A stretch of DNA of 64,000 nt from NCBI RefSeq assembly GCF_009914755.1, contig NC_060934.1; one strand, written 5' to 3'. How positions within the stretch are numbered: the stretch's first letter is position 1; each line of letters opens with the position of its first letter. The stretch is from the human T2T-CHM13v2.0 reference genome, Homo sapiens. Position numbers and translations under genes: made by a program. Positions 1 through 14,308 of the stretch are shown here, piece after piece. The notes below the pieces were generated by a model. The model was not told the DNA's origin. It worked only from the letters and a program-made list of their open reading frames with translations, and ran no database searches.

Positions 1-474
1 TATAAACACACGCACACAGGTCCCTCAACCAACACAGGAAGACCTGGCACGTGCGCGAGCCTTCACCTCCCTCTGCGAGCAGGTTCTCCCCTGCTGAAAA
101 AACATTAGGCTGCACTACTGTGGAGCATAACTGCTCGCTGAAGGAATCGGCTACATTAACTAGCAGAGCAGAGCATGGAGGATGGAGTCAGTGGGCATGG
201 AACACGCTGACAATTACCAAAGCCACAGAGTACAAAGCATGGCACCTATTTTTCAAAACTTCTCTTCCACCAAAAACCAACAATTTTTGCAGGCTATATT
301 ATGAGTTCTATCAAAATAATTCAGCACCTCCTAAACAAATGGGAAAGAGCTCCTTCTGAAGCATGCACTGCCCAAAAAGATCAGTGACCAGTCAACAGAG
401 AAACTTACTTCCTAATTTGAATCAACAGCTAAATGCAATCTTTTTTAAAATAATAATAATAATAATAAGACATG

Positions 475-771
475 AGTCTGGGCACAGTGGCTCATGCCTG
501 TAATCCCAGCACTTTGGGAGGTCGAGGCGGGCGGATCACCTGAGGTAAAGAGTTCGAGACCAGCCTAGCCAACATGATGAAACCCCATCTCTACAAAGGT
601 ACAAAAATTAGCCAGGTATTGTGGCGGGCACCTGTAATCCCAGCTACTCAAGAAGCTGAGGCATGAGAACCACTTGAACTCAGGAGGCGGAGGTTGCAGT
701 GAGTTGAGCTCATACCACTGCACTCCAGCATGGGAGACAGAGTGAGACCCTGTCTCAAAAATTAAAAAATA
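475..771 (+). mobile_element. Alu (AluS-type), full length
   Basis: Two-arm Alu with A-rich tail; target-site duplication aataagacatgagt on both sides. Confidence 0.93.
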
Positions 772-1029
772 AATAAGACATGAGTTTGTCTTTATGGGGA
801 AGTTTTCTGCTTCCACTCCAATTTGTTTGGCAATTCCATGTAAAGTATCAGTTATTAATGAAATTATTTTTAGGCCCTTTAAAGCCACAAAAAAGAATAC
901 CCAATTATAAAGGGCAAAAATGTAGGGAAGAGAAGGGAGAAGAAAATATTCTGGGGAAAGGAGTATGAGAAAGCAGCCGCCACAGCCCTCTCATTCCTTG
1001 ACCCTCCCCAGAATGGAGCTCCAGATCAC

Positions 1030-1320
1030 CTGGAGGCCTCCCCACCCTCATGGCCTCCTCACCTGCAGGGCCTCCTCAGCCACAGGGCCTCCGCACCCTC
1101 ACGGCCTCTCCACCTGCGGGGCCTCTCCACTAGCACAGCCTTCCCCCCACGTGGTCTCCCCACCTGCACAGCCTCCTCACCCGAGGGGCCTCCGCACCCT
1201 CATGGCCTCCCCACCTGCACAGCCTCCGCACCCACACAGCCTCCCCACCCGCACAACCTCCCCACCCACACAGCCTCCTGACCGTGTGGCCTCCTTACCT
1301 GCATGGCCTCCTCCCTGGCT
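1030..1320. repeat. Degenerate C-rich minisatellite (~17-19 bp unit, gcctccccacctgcaca-like)
   Basis: Recurrent gcctcc(c/t)cacc(t/c)gca(c/g) motif. Confidence 0.75.
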
Positions 1321-3929
1321 CACACTCAGACCCAAGTATGTGAGGAGATGACCCCCCTGGCCACACAACCTGAATGTATCTCCACATGGATTCGAGGCCA
1401 TCAGCTCCCACAAGAGGGCTGCCCAGCACTTCTCCCCACAGAGAGCCCTTGTGTTTTGCTGGCCGCATGCTCTGTGGTGTGAGCTGGCCTCACCTTCCCC
1501 TGTGAGGGGGCACAGGGCACGGGACAGGGACAGGCAGTGGAAGAAGGATGGAGCCCTCGGCCCCGCAGCAGGAAGTGCCCCTGCAGCCCTGCAAAGCAGG
1601 ACACCAGCAGTGCATGTAATGGCGCCCAGCAGGCGGGCACAGCAGAACTGGACCAGGGTCTAGAAACCCACACAATGCGTAACCCACGCAGGCTGGCAGC
1701 CCACGCAGGAACCTCAGGGGAATGCTCTACTCTTTCCTTCAGTCTATGTTATGTGCTTAAAACGGAACTTTTTCCATCCTCCTCTGTAGGAAATGAGCAC
1801 TGGAAATTCCACATATGTTTCTATAATATTTTCTGATATTTTAATAAAATGATGACAACCAACTTAAAGAATTCTCTCCACTTGAATTTTGATTGAAGAT
1901 GGGAAATAATTCAGCATTAACAGCTGTTTTCAGCTTTCACTCTGAAAGCAGATACATTGAGGAATTTTTGAAGTCCAATAACATAAAGAAACACAGAATT
2001 TTGATCCTTCAATTCTTGGATTTCTATTAAGCAATACTGGAAAACAAGTTGATTCATCTAATTTAAGCCTGTAAAACTGTTTTATGTGGTTATGAGACAG
2101 AGAATTCCAAATGACCTTACAGCACTACCCCCATAAACTCAACCTGGGCAAACCCACACTTCACAGCAAAGTTAAAGACCATCCAGCAAACAGATGAGGC
2201 AGTGGGGCCAGCACAGGCCGGAGGGTGCAGAGAGGCTGAATAGAGCCACAGAGCAACCCTCTCACCCTTTCTTCTTAAATGTGTAGCTCAGATCTCAGCA
2301 AGATTCATGTGGAAGGAAAAATATAATTAGGCTTCCTGCATGCAAACACACACACCCCTTTCTCTGCCTGGTCTCTCAATAAGAAACTAACTCATTAAGC
2401 CCTTTTTAAAAAACCTGTACAGACGCAAGGTGTTCACAGGGAATTCGGCTGAGCACACCTTCGTCGAAAGTGGCTTTGCCATCATCTGGGCAGCAAGACA
2501 GTATCACTCACCCTCCAAGAGCAACTGACAGGCAAGTGTCGTCACCTCAAAAGGCCACAATGCCCAACACAGGACACCCATTCCCATAGACATCCCAGAC
2601 TCTGGGAACAAATGTGGGTCCAACTTCTGGGCTAGCAGTGGGTGGGGGAACCCTCAGATGGGGCTCGCCCTGCTGAGCTCAGGGGCGCTACGCTCTGCTG
2701 ACCTGGATGGGGCACTGACACTTCACATCAGTGTGATGCAGGCAGCACAGAAGCCCCTGTCCTGAGACAGCGAACACGGAGGGTGCTGCAGGCAGGGGTG
2801 CACCTGGGCCGAGACGCAAGCCGGGAAACCTACCCAAGGCTGACACAATCAGATAACCAGGGTGGGCCTTTTGCAAATGATACACTCCTTACCCACCAAA
2901 CGAGCTGTCTGCACTGCACAATCTACTTACCAGTTTACATCCGAACCCTGCACACGGCAGCTCCCGCCTCCTAGCCATGCCCTCCTCATCCTCAGCTCCT
3001 CAGGAGGGCAGCAGCCAAGCCCACAGGCCTGGAAGACTCTGCCCCCCGCCAACTGTGTCACGTTACAGGACACTGACACACCTCGCTGAACCCCACATCT
3101 GAAACTGAAAAACAGTACCATTTCCCGTCCCCAGAAGTCTGGAAAGGCAGTTGGCTGCACACCATGGCCCCTGCTCACTCCCTTCTTTGCCCTGAAAGTG
3201 TTAAAAAGGAAAACATAAAGTCAACACCAGCTCCTCCCTGCCGGTGAAAATTGGCACGAATGAGTTTACTTTCTGGCTGCCGGCCCTCACAAAACCGTTA
3301 CCCAAAAAAAGTTCACCATGCTAAACTGCTCCAAATATAAATGTGAGACGCGCCGGCCCACCCCCACCCCACCCCACGTTACAGGAATGGCCTGACCAGG
3401 ATGAGCCCAGAGACGGCTAAATGCACATCAAACATTTCAGATTTGGGAACTTCAGTGGTTTTGGGGAAAAGACCTGGCAAAGCCCGATCTGAAACTTATG
3501 ACAGTTGAGCACATGATCTCCGCCATGAAGAGCAAATAAGAGGCGTACACAACCCTCCATAAGACCGCGGTGGCTGATCTGCCACAAACCCTCCTACGAG
3601 AGGACCAGGACGGCAAGGCCGGAGCCCGGCCCGGGGGGAGGTTGACGATTCCGCCCAGCCCTCCCCGCGCAGCGCCCGCGAACAATGGGGGTGGGATCCC
3701 CCGGGCCGCGCCAGGACCGCTGCACGGCCTGAGCCACCAGAGATCGAACCCGGGGTCCAACGACAAGTTTCGCATTGAAATCAGGCCGGGCGTTCCAGGC
3801 CGAACCCGCCAGCGAGGAGGTGGCGCGCACCGCGCTGCTGCACCAAGGACGCCGCGGCTCCAGCGCAGAGCGCACGGGAAGGCCGATCCCGCCGGGCCCG
3901 CTGCATCCTGCGTCCCCGCGCGGCGCCCA

Positions 3930-4135
3930 GGCCCCACAGACACCCCCAGGGCGCGGGGGGATCGCGGCCCCACAAACATCCCAGGGCGCGGGGGATCGCG
4001 GCCCCACAAACACCCCCAGAGCGCGAGGGGATCCCAGGCCCCACAGACACCCCCAGGGCGCGGGGAATCGCGGCCCCACAAACGTCCCCAGAGCGCGGGG
4101 GATCGCGGCCTCACAAACGTCCCTAGGGCGCGGGG
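3930..4135. repeat. GC-rich minisatellite (~35 bp, ~6 copies) at the start of DIP2C intron 1
   Basis: Repeated cccagggcgcgggggatcgcggccccacaaac unit. Confidence 0.85.
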
Positions 4136-4291
4136 TCTGGGGGTCCGGGGGACGCGCACGCTCCGGGCTGGGGTCGCACCTCCCCCTCCGGGCCCGGCCC
4201 CCGCCCCGCCGCAGGCCCCGCGCCCCCAGCCCTCCGCGCGCGGCCCTCCCCGGTGACAGCGCGGCCCGGCCCGGGGCGGGGGCCCGGTTAC

Positions 4292-4376
4292 CTTCCGACA
4301 GCTCCAGCTCCAGCTCGGCCAGGCGCGCCCGCACCTCCAGGGGCAGCGCCATGCCCTCCAGGCTGCGGTCCGCCAT
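4292..4376 (-). CDS. DIP2C: DIP2C first coding exon (N-terminus, start of DMAP1-binding domain); 28 codons + 1 nt, phase-1 intron follows
   Basis: The translation MADRSLEGMALPLEVRARLAELELELSE(G) matches the DIP2C N-terminus as I recall it. The ATG at 4376-4374 is in strong Kozak context (A at -3, G at +4) and the exon ends at a donor GAAG|GTAAC (GT at 4291-4290). Confidence 0.95.
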
Positions 4377-6617
4377 GCTCCGCGGGCGCCGCGCCCCGCA
4401 CGGCCTCCTCTTTGTTCGCAGGCGGAGGTCTCGGCGGCTCCTCGCGCCCGGCGGAACCGCACCGAGGAGGAGGCGGCGGCGCGGGCGCGGGAGGCGGGCG
4501 GCGGGCGCGCAGGGACCTCCCTCCCCTCGGCGCCTCCTCAGCGCGGCCCCGCCACGGCCGCCTCGCGCGCCCCCGCGCCCCACGGTCCCCGGCCCGCCCC
4601 GCGCGCGCTCGGCCCCTCCCCGCAGGCGCTGCGGACCCGGACCCGGCCCTGCTGCTCTCGGCCCCGGCCCGGCGGGAGCGTCTCTGCGCGCGCGCGTCAC
4701 GGGGCCGCGGGGGCAGGGCGCGCGCGCGCGGGGCGCGAGGACGCGCAGGAGCGGGAGCGCGCGGGGGGGGGGGCGCGGGGGGGGCGCGCGGCCGCGTCGG
4801 CGAAGCGCGCGCTCCCGGGGGCGCGCTCGGGGGCGGGTTGGGGGCTCGGGGCCCGCGGGGCGGGGCGGGGCGGGGCGGTCTTGTCTGTCCTGGGCTCTGC
4901 GCGTCCAGCGGAGCCTGCGGGCCCGGCCCCAGAGCCTGGTCCACCCGGCTCCCTGCGAAAATCACGTCCTGGAGCCGCAGCTTGACGTCTGCGCGAAAAC
5001 TCGCAGTGCCCCGGGTCTTGGAGGGCTGGTTTTTTGTTAATGAACATTTTAAGAGGCGGAGACGGAGCGCTAGGCTGGAAGTTTCGAATGCAACGACCAG
5101 CAGATGACCTTGAGCGACTCTGAGCCTTTGCCTGGAGGGTCAGTGTCCCCATCTGTGAAAAGGGGATGGGAAGACAAGGTTGGGTCACCTAATCTCCAAA
5201 TGCCAGGTGGGCCCGAAAAGCCTGGCTCCAGCCCTCCCGGAACAGGCTGCAGGCCCCAGGGTTCCCACCGTCCTTCTCCTTGTGGGGCCATCAGCTCCCA
5301 GCCTCAGTGCCACCTCGGCGAGGCTGAAGCCCCGTCTGTGCCTCTAGTCCTGACCATCTGGGGAGGCCCTCGCATCTCCAACCGTCCACTGAGCAAACTT
5401 CCCTGGAAGCCCCTAGACACCCCAAACGCCACAAACCCTAAATGAAGCCAGCTGCTTCCAGTGACTCTTAGTCACTGGAAGTTCTGCTTCTCAGAACCGC
5501 CCCCGTTGTCTTCATCATCACCTTCCTCTGTCTCCACACATCCTCCCCAGTCTGTTGCACAAAGCCCCGACGACCTGGCCTCCTTTTCATCCTTGTACCC
5601 CCTCTTCCCAGCCCGGCCCCTCCCTTAGGCCCAGAGCTTCCTAAAGACCTCCTCGCCTCCCCGTCCTCCACGGGACATTGGCCAGCGCTGGCTCCCGGAG
5701 GCCCAGCTGCACTCACTCCCCTTTCAGAGTGGGCCGCAGGAACACAGGTCCCCCACCTCACCCCCCTACCCCTACCCCCCACCACCCCCCCACCCCGCTT
5801 CGACCGGAGCCCCCACCAGCCGGGACCCACCTGCACGGCAGCCTTGCGGCCTCCACACTCCGGCTCCTGCAAACAACGCGGCTGACCCGCAGCACCTCTG
5901 CTCCCGGCCTCCACCCCGGAGAGCCTGCCCCTTCTCTGCCCCTGCCACCCACAGCCATCCCTGACCCCAGGTCCAGAACAATCTCTCTCCTTTCTCTTCC
6001 TGCACCGGCCACTTCCCGCCCTCATCACGTTTGACCTTTTTTATCTTCTCTGTATTCTTTGTGAGTGTAAGCGCCTGGAGGACAGAGCCCATGCCTCACC
6101 CACCTTTGCCCTTCCCATGGATCTAGCAGTGGTGGCAACCGCCAGAGGTGTGTGCATTTCCTGTAAGGATCGGTCCTTTCAGTGGGGAATTGTGAGAATG
6201 ACATTCGACGATGAGCTGGGAAACAGGAACCCCAAACCCGTGTGCTTCCTGCGCCGAGCCGTGTGCCTCCGCCTGGTGTGCGCCGTGGGTTCGTCCTTCG
6301 CTCCAGACTGCGTTCAATGCAACAGATACGGGTGGCACAAGCATGTGGCCCCACCATCATCTCTCCCCTTTGCATGATAAAGAGACCGACCAGCAATGCA
6401 GGGGCCGTGGGGAAGATCCCACACAGCCCCTACACGTCACAGATAAAAGTCCTTAGAGACAGAAAGGGGAGCAGAACCAGGATTCAAACCCCAGTCTCCA
6501 AAGCAAAGCCCTGAGTTCATTTCATTACAGCAAAGATGCACTGTGCATTCCAAGCAATAAATGGTGTCAAGTCCATTTAGGGCGGTATAATGTCGGAATA
6601 AAAAATATATATTCGCG

Positions 6618-6970
<353 letters not shown>

Positions 6971-7149
6971 TCATTTGCATATGATCCTATGACTGATGTT
7001 GGTTGCAAAGAAAACTTGTAATTTGCATTAAACACATCAATTGCAAACTCAGATTTTGAGCTGATGGTTCCTTTCAGCAGGTCTTTGGGCACCTACACAT
7101 TACACGTGTGAGTGTGGGCTCTCGGTCTTAGACTGCCATTTCCAGGAGC

Positions 7150-8125
7150 CTGATAGATATCATCTTTATCTGGAACTCCTACCATCTCCTTGAAATTCAT
7201 GCTGTCCACAATCAAACTCATCCTACCTACCAATACTTTCCCCCATGTACATTATTTCTGAGAGCAGCCTCCCTTTCACTTTGAGTCCCCTCAAGAACTT
7301 CTACCCACAGCATTTCTCTTGTGCGCCACCTGCTCCTGTCGAGGCCTCTGGCTATGGCCCATGTCAGGCCTTCAGAGCCTCCTTCCAGTCTTCCCACCAC
7401 GGCTGTCAGATCACTCTTCTAAAAAGTCCCTCTTAGCACAGACCACAGGCCCCTTGCTGTACAACCCATGATTCTATGCCTGCAAACTGAAGAAATCCTT
7501 AATTGACACCAATGGTCTCACGAGCCCTGCACTAAACATTTCTCCTGCTTTCTGTTCCTCCCGTCTCTTTCAAGCTCCGAGGTTCAGCTGCAGAATTCCC
7601 AGCTGTCCATGGAGAGTCCCCACCTGTGGTGTCTGTTTTTCTAATGTGCTCCCTCCTGTCGTCTCCCCTTCCCCACAACCTGAGTCATAGCCGCACACGG
7701 AATTTCACCCAGTCCAGTCCAAGTTCAAACGCCACTTCTTCCATGCAGCCTTCCCAAATCTCCTGGTTAGAAAGATTCTCTCCCACCTGTGGAATTACAC
7801 ACCTCTTTATCCACCTGCTCTCCCTGGGATTGGTCATTTATGTGTGTGTTTTGTCTGGTGGCTGGCTTATCTATAATTGTCCCATTGTGTTGACTGACAC
7901 CACAAACAGCATAGTGCCTCTGTCTGGAAGTGCAGACCAGCACAGGAGCGGAGAGGAGCAGCCCCTTCCTCGGTCTCATTCTGCTCCACCTGTGAGCAGC
8001 CTTGCGGAACGTGTGGTTGGTGAACACCTTGCCATCTTACGTGTTCCTAAGTGTAAAAACCTGGTTCAAATGTCTGCCCAGGCAGGAATGAAGGTGCCCA
8101 ATAGATGTTTATTAGAATGAATCAA
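7150..8125. mobile_element. Degenerate L2 fragments (probable)
   Basis: L2-like phrases and an L2 3'-end-like terminus (gtgcccaatagatgtttattagaatgaat); highly diverged. Confidence 0.45.
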
Positions 8126-10589
8126 ATAGACTCCCAGGGCTGTTGGCTTCAAAAGCTCTGCCAAACCCCCGAAATTTCCATCAGGGATTAAAGTCACGTT
8201 TTTGAGCTACTCCACAGTTTTGCCTAGACAAGTCTCGAAAACAGTGTTGTGAGCTCCACAGAGCGACAGCTACATGTATCTAATTAAACAATTAATTAAT
8301 TACCATGCCAGCTAGTATTTGAGGACCCGTTTCTAGGTCTTGCTTTACTGTCTGCTGACGGGTAATTCGTCACCATTATTTACCCTAACTTCCAGGACCT
8401 CACCTATTTTTTTCTGTCTCACTGAATTCCAAGCCAATTCTAATGAGTGAAAAATTAATTACTTACGTGTAATGGGCTCGAGATTTCAGGAAATCTGACT
8501 GGGGTGGGAAAGAGTAGCAAAGGAATGTGTTGAATCAGAGCAGGCTGGAGGTATCGGTGCCAGGCAGAGAGTTTATTTATTCATGAGATCGCTAACAGGA
8601 AGGAAACACAAAGCTCTCAGGGAGTGGCTCCCCTGCAGAAATGCATCTCAGAGCTGCACCTAGACTACCTCCCTCTTTATCAGATTAATGGAAAATTGTT
8701 CATGCTGCACTCTCCCCTGTGTGCCCCAATTCTGTGACTTTTTTTTTTCCTTTTCCAAAGCTACTGGAAGAGTAGGTGGTAAAACACTGTGGCTGGCGTC
8801 CCCCAGGTACTTACATCTTCAATCCTCTGTATGGCCGGGGGAAGCAGGGGTTACCATCTCATTGTGACAAAATCTTCCTAAGCTGCAATTTCCACACAGA
8901 ACCGTGGCTGGAAGCTTATGTTTTGGGTTATGTTTCATTCTTGTCTTACCATATTATCAGAAATTCAGCTTGGGTAGACTAAGGAAAGGACAAAAGTGAG
9001 TAATCGCCTGACACAGAAAGCTTGGGTTTAATTAATTAGTATTTAGAAAGCAACTTAAGACTCCGGAACGCAACTCATCTATGCAGTCAAGAGATCATTA
9101 ACATTTTTGTGACACAGGTGTTTTTCACAACATTATAGAATTAACTCTGTAATGTGACTATGACTAAGTTTGGTAAACCAGAGGTACATTTTCCTGTCTA
9201 TTGGTGGTTACTGTCTTCCTCTGGAAGTAACAAACTATCCAATCTATTTACTGAAGAACAAGTACATTAGTAAAAGAGAAAAAGCAAGAAATACTCCCAG
9301 AGATTCCCACACTACAATTAATTTGCTTTTCCATTTAATTGATGGAAGTACTGAGAATTCAACTGTGAGTCAAAAATATTTTGATGGAAAAACAAGTTGT
9401 GAAATGTATCCTGAGCAAATCACCTAAGTGTTTGGTTGTATATGTTATTATACATCGATATACAATTATCGATAATTGAATTATTTCTGGTAATTTGAGT
9501 AATTTCAGTTAATTCTTAATCACTGTGCTAATGATAACACAGGCAGTACAAAATAACAAATTATGCAAAAATTGCTCCTGTTTTATCTTAGATTATATAA
9601 TACTTTACAGCATATTTCCTTTGCCAATTATGATTAATGTCTGGCTTACTTAAGCTATTGTTAAAATTAATTACCATTTTCAGAACCCATATCCACTAAC
9701 AGCTGAGACAAGCAACACACAAGCTTCTGAAGTAGAAAGGAGAGGCTGGAGACTAAAATTTTGCCATCAAAAATTGGCAAAGCGAGAAAGTGTCAGAAAA
9801 TTTTAAAATTGACCTTATTCTTCAAAATGGGAAAACACGCACACACCCCAAGTCAAGAGCATTCCCAGATGGCTTCTGCGGTGAGACCCCACTACAGTGC
9901 TCTTGAGTTGCGTGAGTCACAGAAGCTTGTGGCTGTGGCCCAAGTCTGGGCCATCTCACACCCACACCTGACAAAAGCAAAGAAAAACAGAGAGGGTCGT
10001 GAGGCTCCACTGTCCACACTGAGGCCACAGTGATCCAGGGAGTCCAGCAGCTGTGAGACCAGGCTGCCTAACCATCACCTGGCAAACCAGAGGTTGAAGC
10101 TTCATTTGTCGAGAAAGGTCTGGGGGAGTCTGAGACAAGGGCCCTCCCGGAACATCCAGACCCCACTCAGGCAGGAGTGCTGCTGTGGCTGGCACTGTGT
10201 CTCAGGTCCTTGCCGTCCTGGCCACCGATGTCTTAGGCTGGGCTCCAGGAAGCGGGGCCTGAGGCAGGGGCTGGGGGGCAGGTGCCTCCTGGAGGGTGTG
10301 CGCTGCAGACAGAACCTGTCACGGGGTGACCACCTCAGCACAGGAAGAAGCAGAGCCCTTGGCCCTGCCACTCAGGACACCACAGGGCCAGTCCTCAGGG
10401 CAAGACAACGGCCTGGGCCAGCCGGGTGTGGGCAGAGAGCAGCCCACCCATCGGCTCATCACACTGGGAACACGCGTGGCTGTGACCCACCCATGGCCAC
10501 ATGACAGCCGCTGGAGGATGGGGCACCCAGCCTACAGCGCCCGAGCAGCCTCGCTGAGAACCACCACATGTCAGCTGGGCAGAAACCAG

Positions 10590-11132
10590 GAACCCGCAGG
10601 CTCACATCCACCAAGCAGTGTGTCCGGGCAGATGGCGTCTCAGAGGGTGAGGATCCCCCATGATCTCTGGGGACCCACAGGTGAGGATCCTGTGTGACCT
10701 CTGGGGACCCACAGCTCCTCATATCCAGCGAGCAGTGCGTCCAGGCGGATGGCATCTCAGAGGGTGAGGGTCCTGCATGATGTCTGGGGACCCGCGGGTG
10801 AGGATCCTGTGTGATCTCTGGGGACCCGCAGGTGAGGATCCTGTATGATCTCTGGGGACCCACAGCTGCTCACATCCACCAAGCAGTGCGTCCAGGTGGA
10901 CGGCATCTCAGAGGGTGAGGGTCCTGTGTGATCTCTGAACTCGCAGGTGAGGGTCCCTTGTGATTTCTGGGGACCCGCAGCTGCTCACATCCAACAGGCA
11001 GTGCGTCCGGGTGTACGGCATCTGAGAGGGTGAGGATCTTGTGTGATCTCTGGGGACCCACAGCTCCTCATATCTAGCAAGCAGTGTGTCTGGGCAGACG
11101 GCGTCTCAAAGGGTGAGGGTCCTGTGTGATCT
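10590..11132. repeat. Complex degenerate minisatellite with a nested ~34-bp subunit
   Basis: gtgaggatcctgtgtgatctctggggaccc(a/g)cag alternates with cacatccaccaagcagtgcgtcc...ggcatctcagagg blocks. Confidence 0.8.
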
Positions 11133-11287
11133 TTGAGGAGAACATCGGATGTACATGATTCAGGGTTTTTTGGTTTATTTTCTACGTTACTCTTTTTTGT
11201 TTTATTTTTATGACTCCATTTGCTTTGTGTGGACTCATGAAGAATTTTAGACAGCATCCTTTGCCAAGCCATGTGCTGGATGTCATA

Positions 11288-11865
11288 TAGGACGTGGCTC
11301 AGGAGCTTACACACATGCAGGGCCTGTAGTCTTAGGACGTGGCTCAGGAGCTTACAGGCATGCAGGGCCTGTAGTCCTAGGATGTGGCTGAGGAGCTTAC
11401 ATGCATGCAGGGCCAGTAGTCCTAGGACGTGGCTTAGGAGCTTACATGCATGCAGGGCCAGTAGTCCTAGGACGTGGCTTAGGAGCTTACACTCAGGTAG
11501 GGCCTACAGTCCTAGGACGTGTCTCAGGAGCTTACACGTGTAGGGCCTGTAGTCCTAGGACATGGCTCAAGAGCTTACATGCATGCAGGGCCGGTAGTCC
11601 TAGGACGTGGCTCAGGAGCTTTCACGTGTAGGGCCGGTAGTCCTAGGACGTGGCTCAGGAGCTTACACGTGTAGGGCCTGTAGTCCTAGGATGTGGCTCA
11701 AGAGCTTACATGCATGCAGGGCCGGTAGTCCTAGGACGTGGCTTAGGAGCTTACACTCAGGTAGGGCCTAGTCCCAGGACGTGGGTCAGGAGCTTACACT
11801 CAGGTAGGTCCTACAGTCCTAGGACGTGGCTCAGGAGCTTACACACGTGTAGGGCCTGTAGTCCC
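11288..11865. repeat. Minisatellite, 43-45 bp unit, ~13 copies
   Basis: Unit aggacgtggctcaggagcttac(atgcatgc/acgtgt/actcaggt)agggcctgtagtcct. Confidence 0.93.
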
Positions 11866-12491
11866 AGCGACAGACACAAAAGGAAACAGAAGCCGGTGGA
11901 CACCCCTGGAAAGTCAGGCCTTTTTAGCCAGGAGAGGTTAGTTTATAAGGAACCATGGATTGTCCAAAAGATCTGATTCAAAACCCTTCCCCTGCCCATG
12001 GGGACCTTGTGTCACTCAGCCCTCGAAGTGCATGGCCAGGGCCTCTCCCAGACCAGCTGCTCATCTCCCCCGCCCCAGGTGCTGCCCGGCTGGTGGTTTC
12101 CCTCTGGTGGTCAGACCTCCGGTGTGGGCGTGGGGGATCTTGGCAGGTTGTCACGCTCTGCACGCGGCTTCCGTGAGCCTGACCAGGCTCCGGTTTCCTT
12201 CCCCACTCCTCACCCTGCCCTGGCTCAGAGAGAAACGGGCACACGGGGCCCTGGATCCCCGTTCCTGGAACGCCTCTCTGGATGCTCACTGAGGACATTT
12301 CCCCGCGGGGCCTTCATGCAACGCCAAAGCCAAGGTTTCCGCACGCACAGGCTCCTCGGGAATCTGACCCCAGATGGGAAAGCGTGGCCAGGCAGACAGT
12401 CACAGAGTCTTGGCCAAAGCACTTGCACCAGACACCCCCTGACGCCCCACAGCTACAGGGGAGGGCACTGAGGAGACCGCCTATCCCAAAG

Positions 12492-12603
12492 CAGCTTGCC
12501 CCAGCCCCGCAGGCTCAGACGCACGTCCCCCTTCCTGCAGCCCCCGTAACAGCTTGCCCCAGCCCCGCAGGCTCAGACCCACGCACCCCTTCCTGCAGCC
12601 CCT
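12492..12603. repeat. Two-copy tandem duplication (~58 bp)
   Basis: cagcttgccccagccccgcaggctcagac...ccttcctgcagcccc occurs twice in tandem. Confidence 0.8.
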
Positions 12604-13132
12604 CTAGCATCCTCCTTTCCAGCCTCACCAAGGGCTGCACGTGGTTTCTCAAGGAGTTTAGACCCCAGGAAAAAGTAGTTGTGCAAAAAACTCACAGGAG
12701 AGCAAAGCAGAATTTAGCAAGTACCATGAGTAGCGTGTTCCTGAGGAAGGTGAAGAACGAGGAGGTTAATTTGAAAATCATTCACTCTTGCTCGGGTCTC
12801 CGGTGGGCACGCCCATTGTGTGGCACCTACTCCATTCCCTTCACGGGAAGGCGCGGCTGTCACTCCCTCCAACCATGGGCCTCCGCGGAACATTAGATGA
12901 AAATACTCTGAAGCACAGGAAAGAGAGAAAGAAAAAGATTCGAGGGTGGAAAGAAAGAGGTCAGGAACGGAGGGAAGGACAGACAAGGGATAGGAACACA
13001 GAGGGTGTGCTCTCACGGAGAAAGATCCGTGTTAGCAACAGGGGAAGAGATGGATGAAGCAAAAGACAAATGCAGACAGAAATAGAGTTGAACTCATGAT
13101 TTTTAAGATATGATAAATCAGATTTTTTTTAA

Positions 13133-14308
<1,176 letters not shown>

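Larger units (their letters stand above)
1..4291 (-). other. DIP2C: DIP2C intron 1 (5' part)
   Basis: Lies downstream (minus strand) of the GT donor at 4291; no further DIP2C coding sequence recognised in the window. Confidence 0.88.
3560..5090. promoter_or_regulatory. DIP2C: CpG island / DIP2C promoter and 5' UTR
   Basis: Very GC- and CpG-rich, with tandem GGGCGG GC-boxes (~4858-4878) and (CG)n runs, surrounding the first coding exon. The exact TSS cannot be read from sequence. Confidence 0.9.

Noticed and set aside
5100-5170. Possible MIR fragment (also ~27590-27760)
   Set aside because: Too short and diverged to support without a profile search.
3452-5188. Several 160-420-aa Arg/Gly/Pro/Ala-rich ORFs, including an in-frame GTG extension of DIP2C and read-through into intron 1
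   Set aside because: Stop codons are rare in a CpG island; only the 85-nt exon bounded by a Kozak ATG and GT donor matches a known protein.
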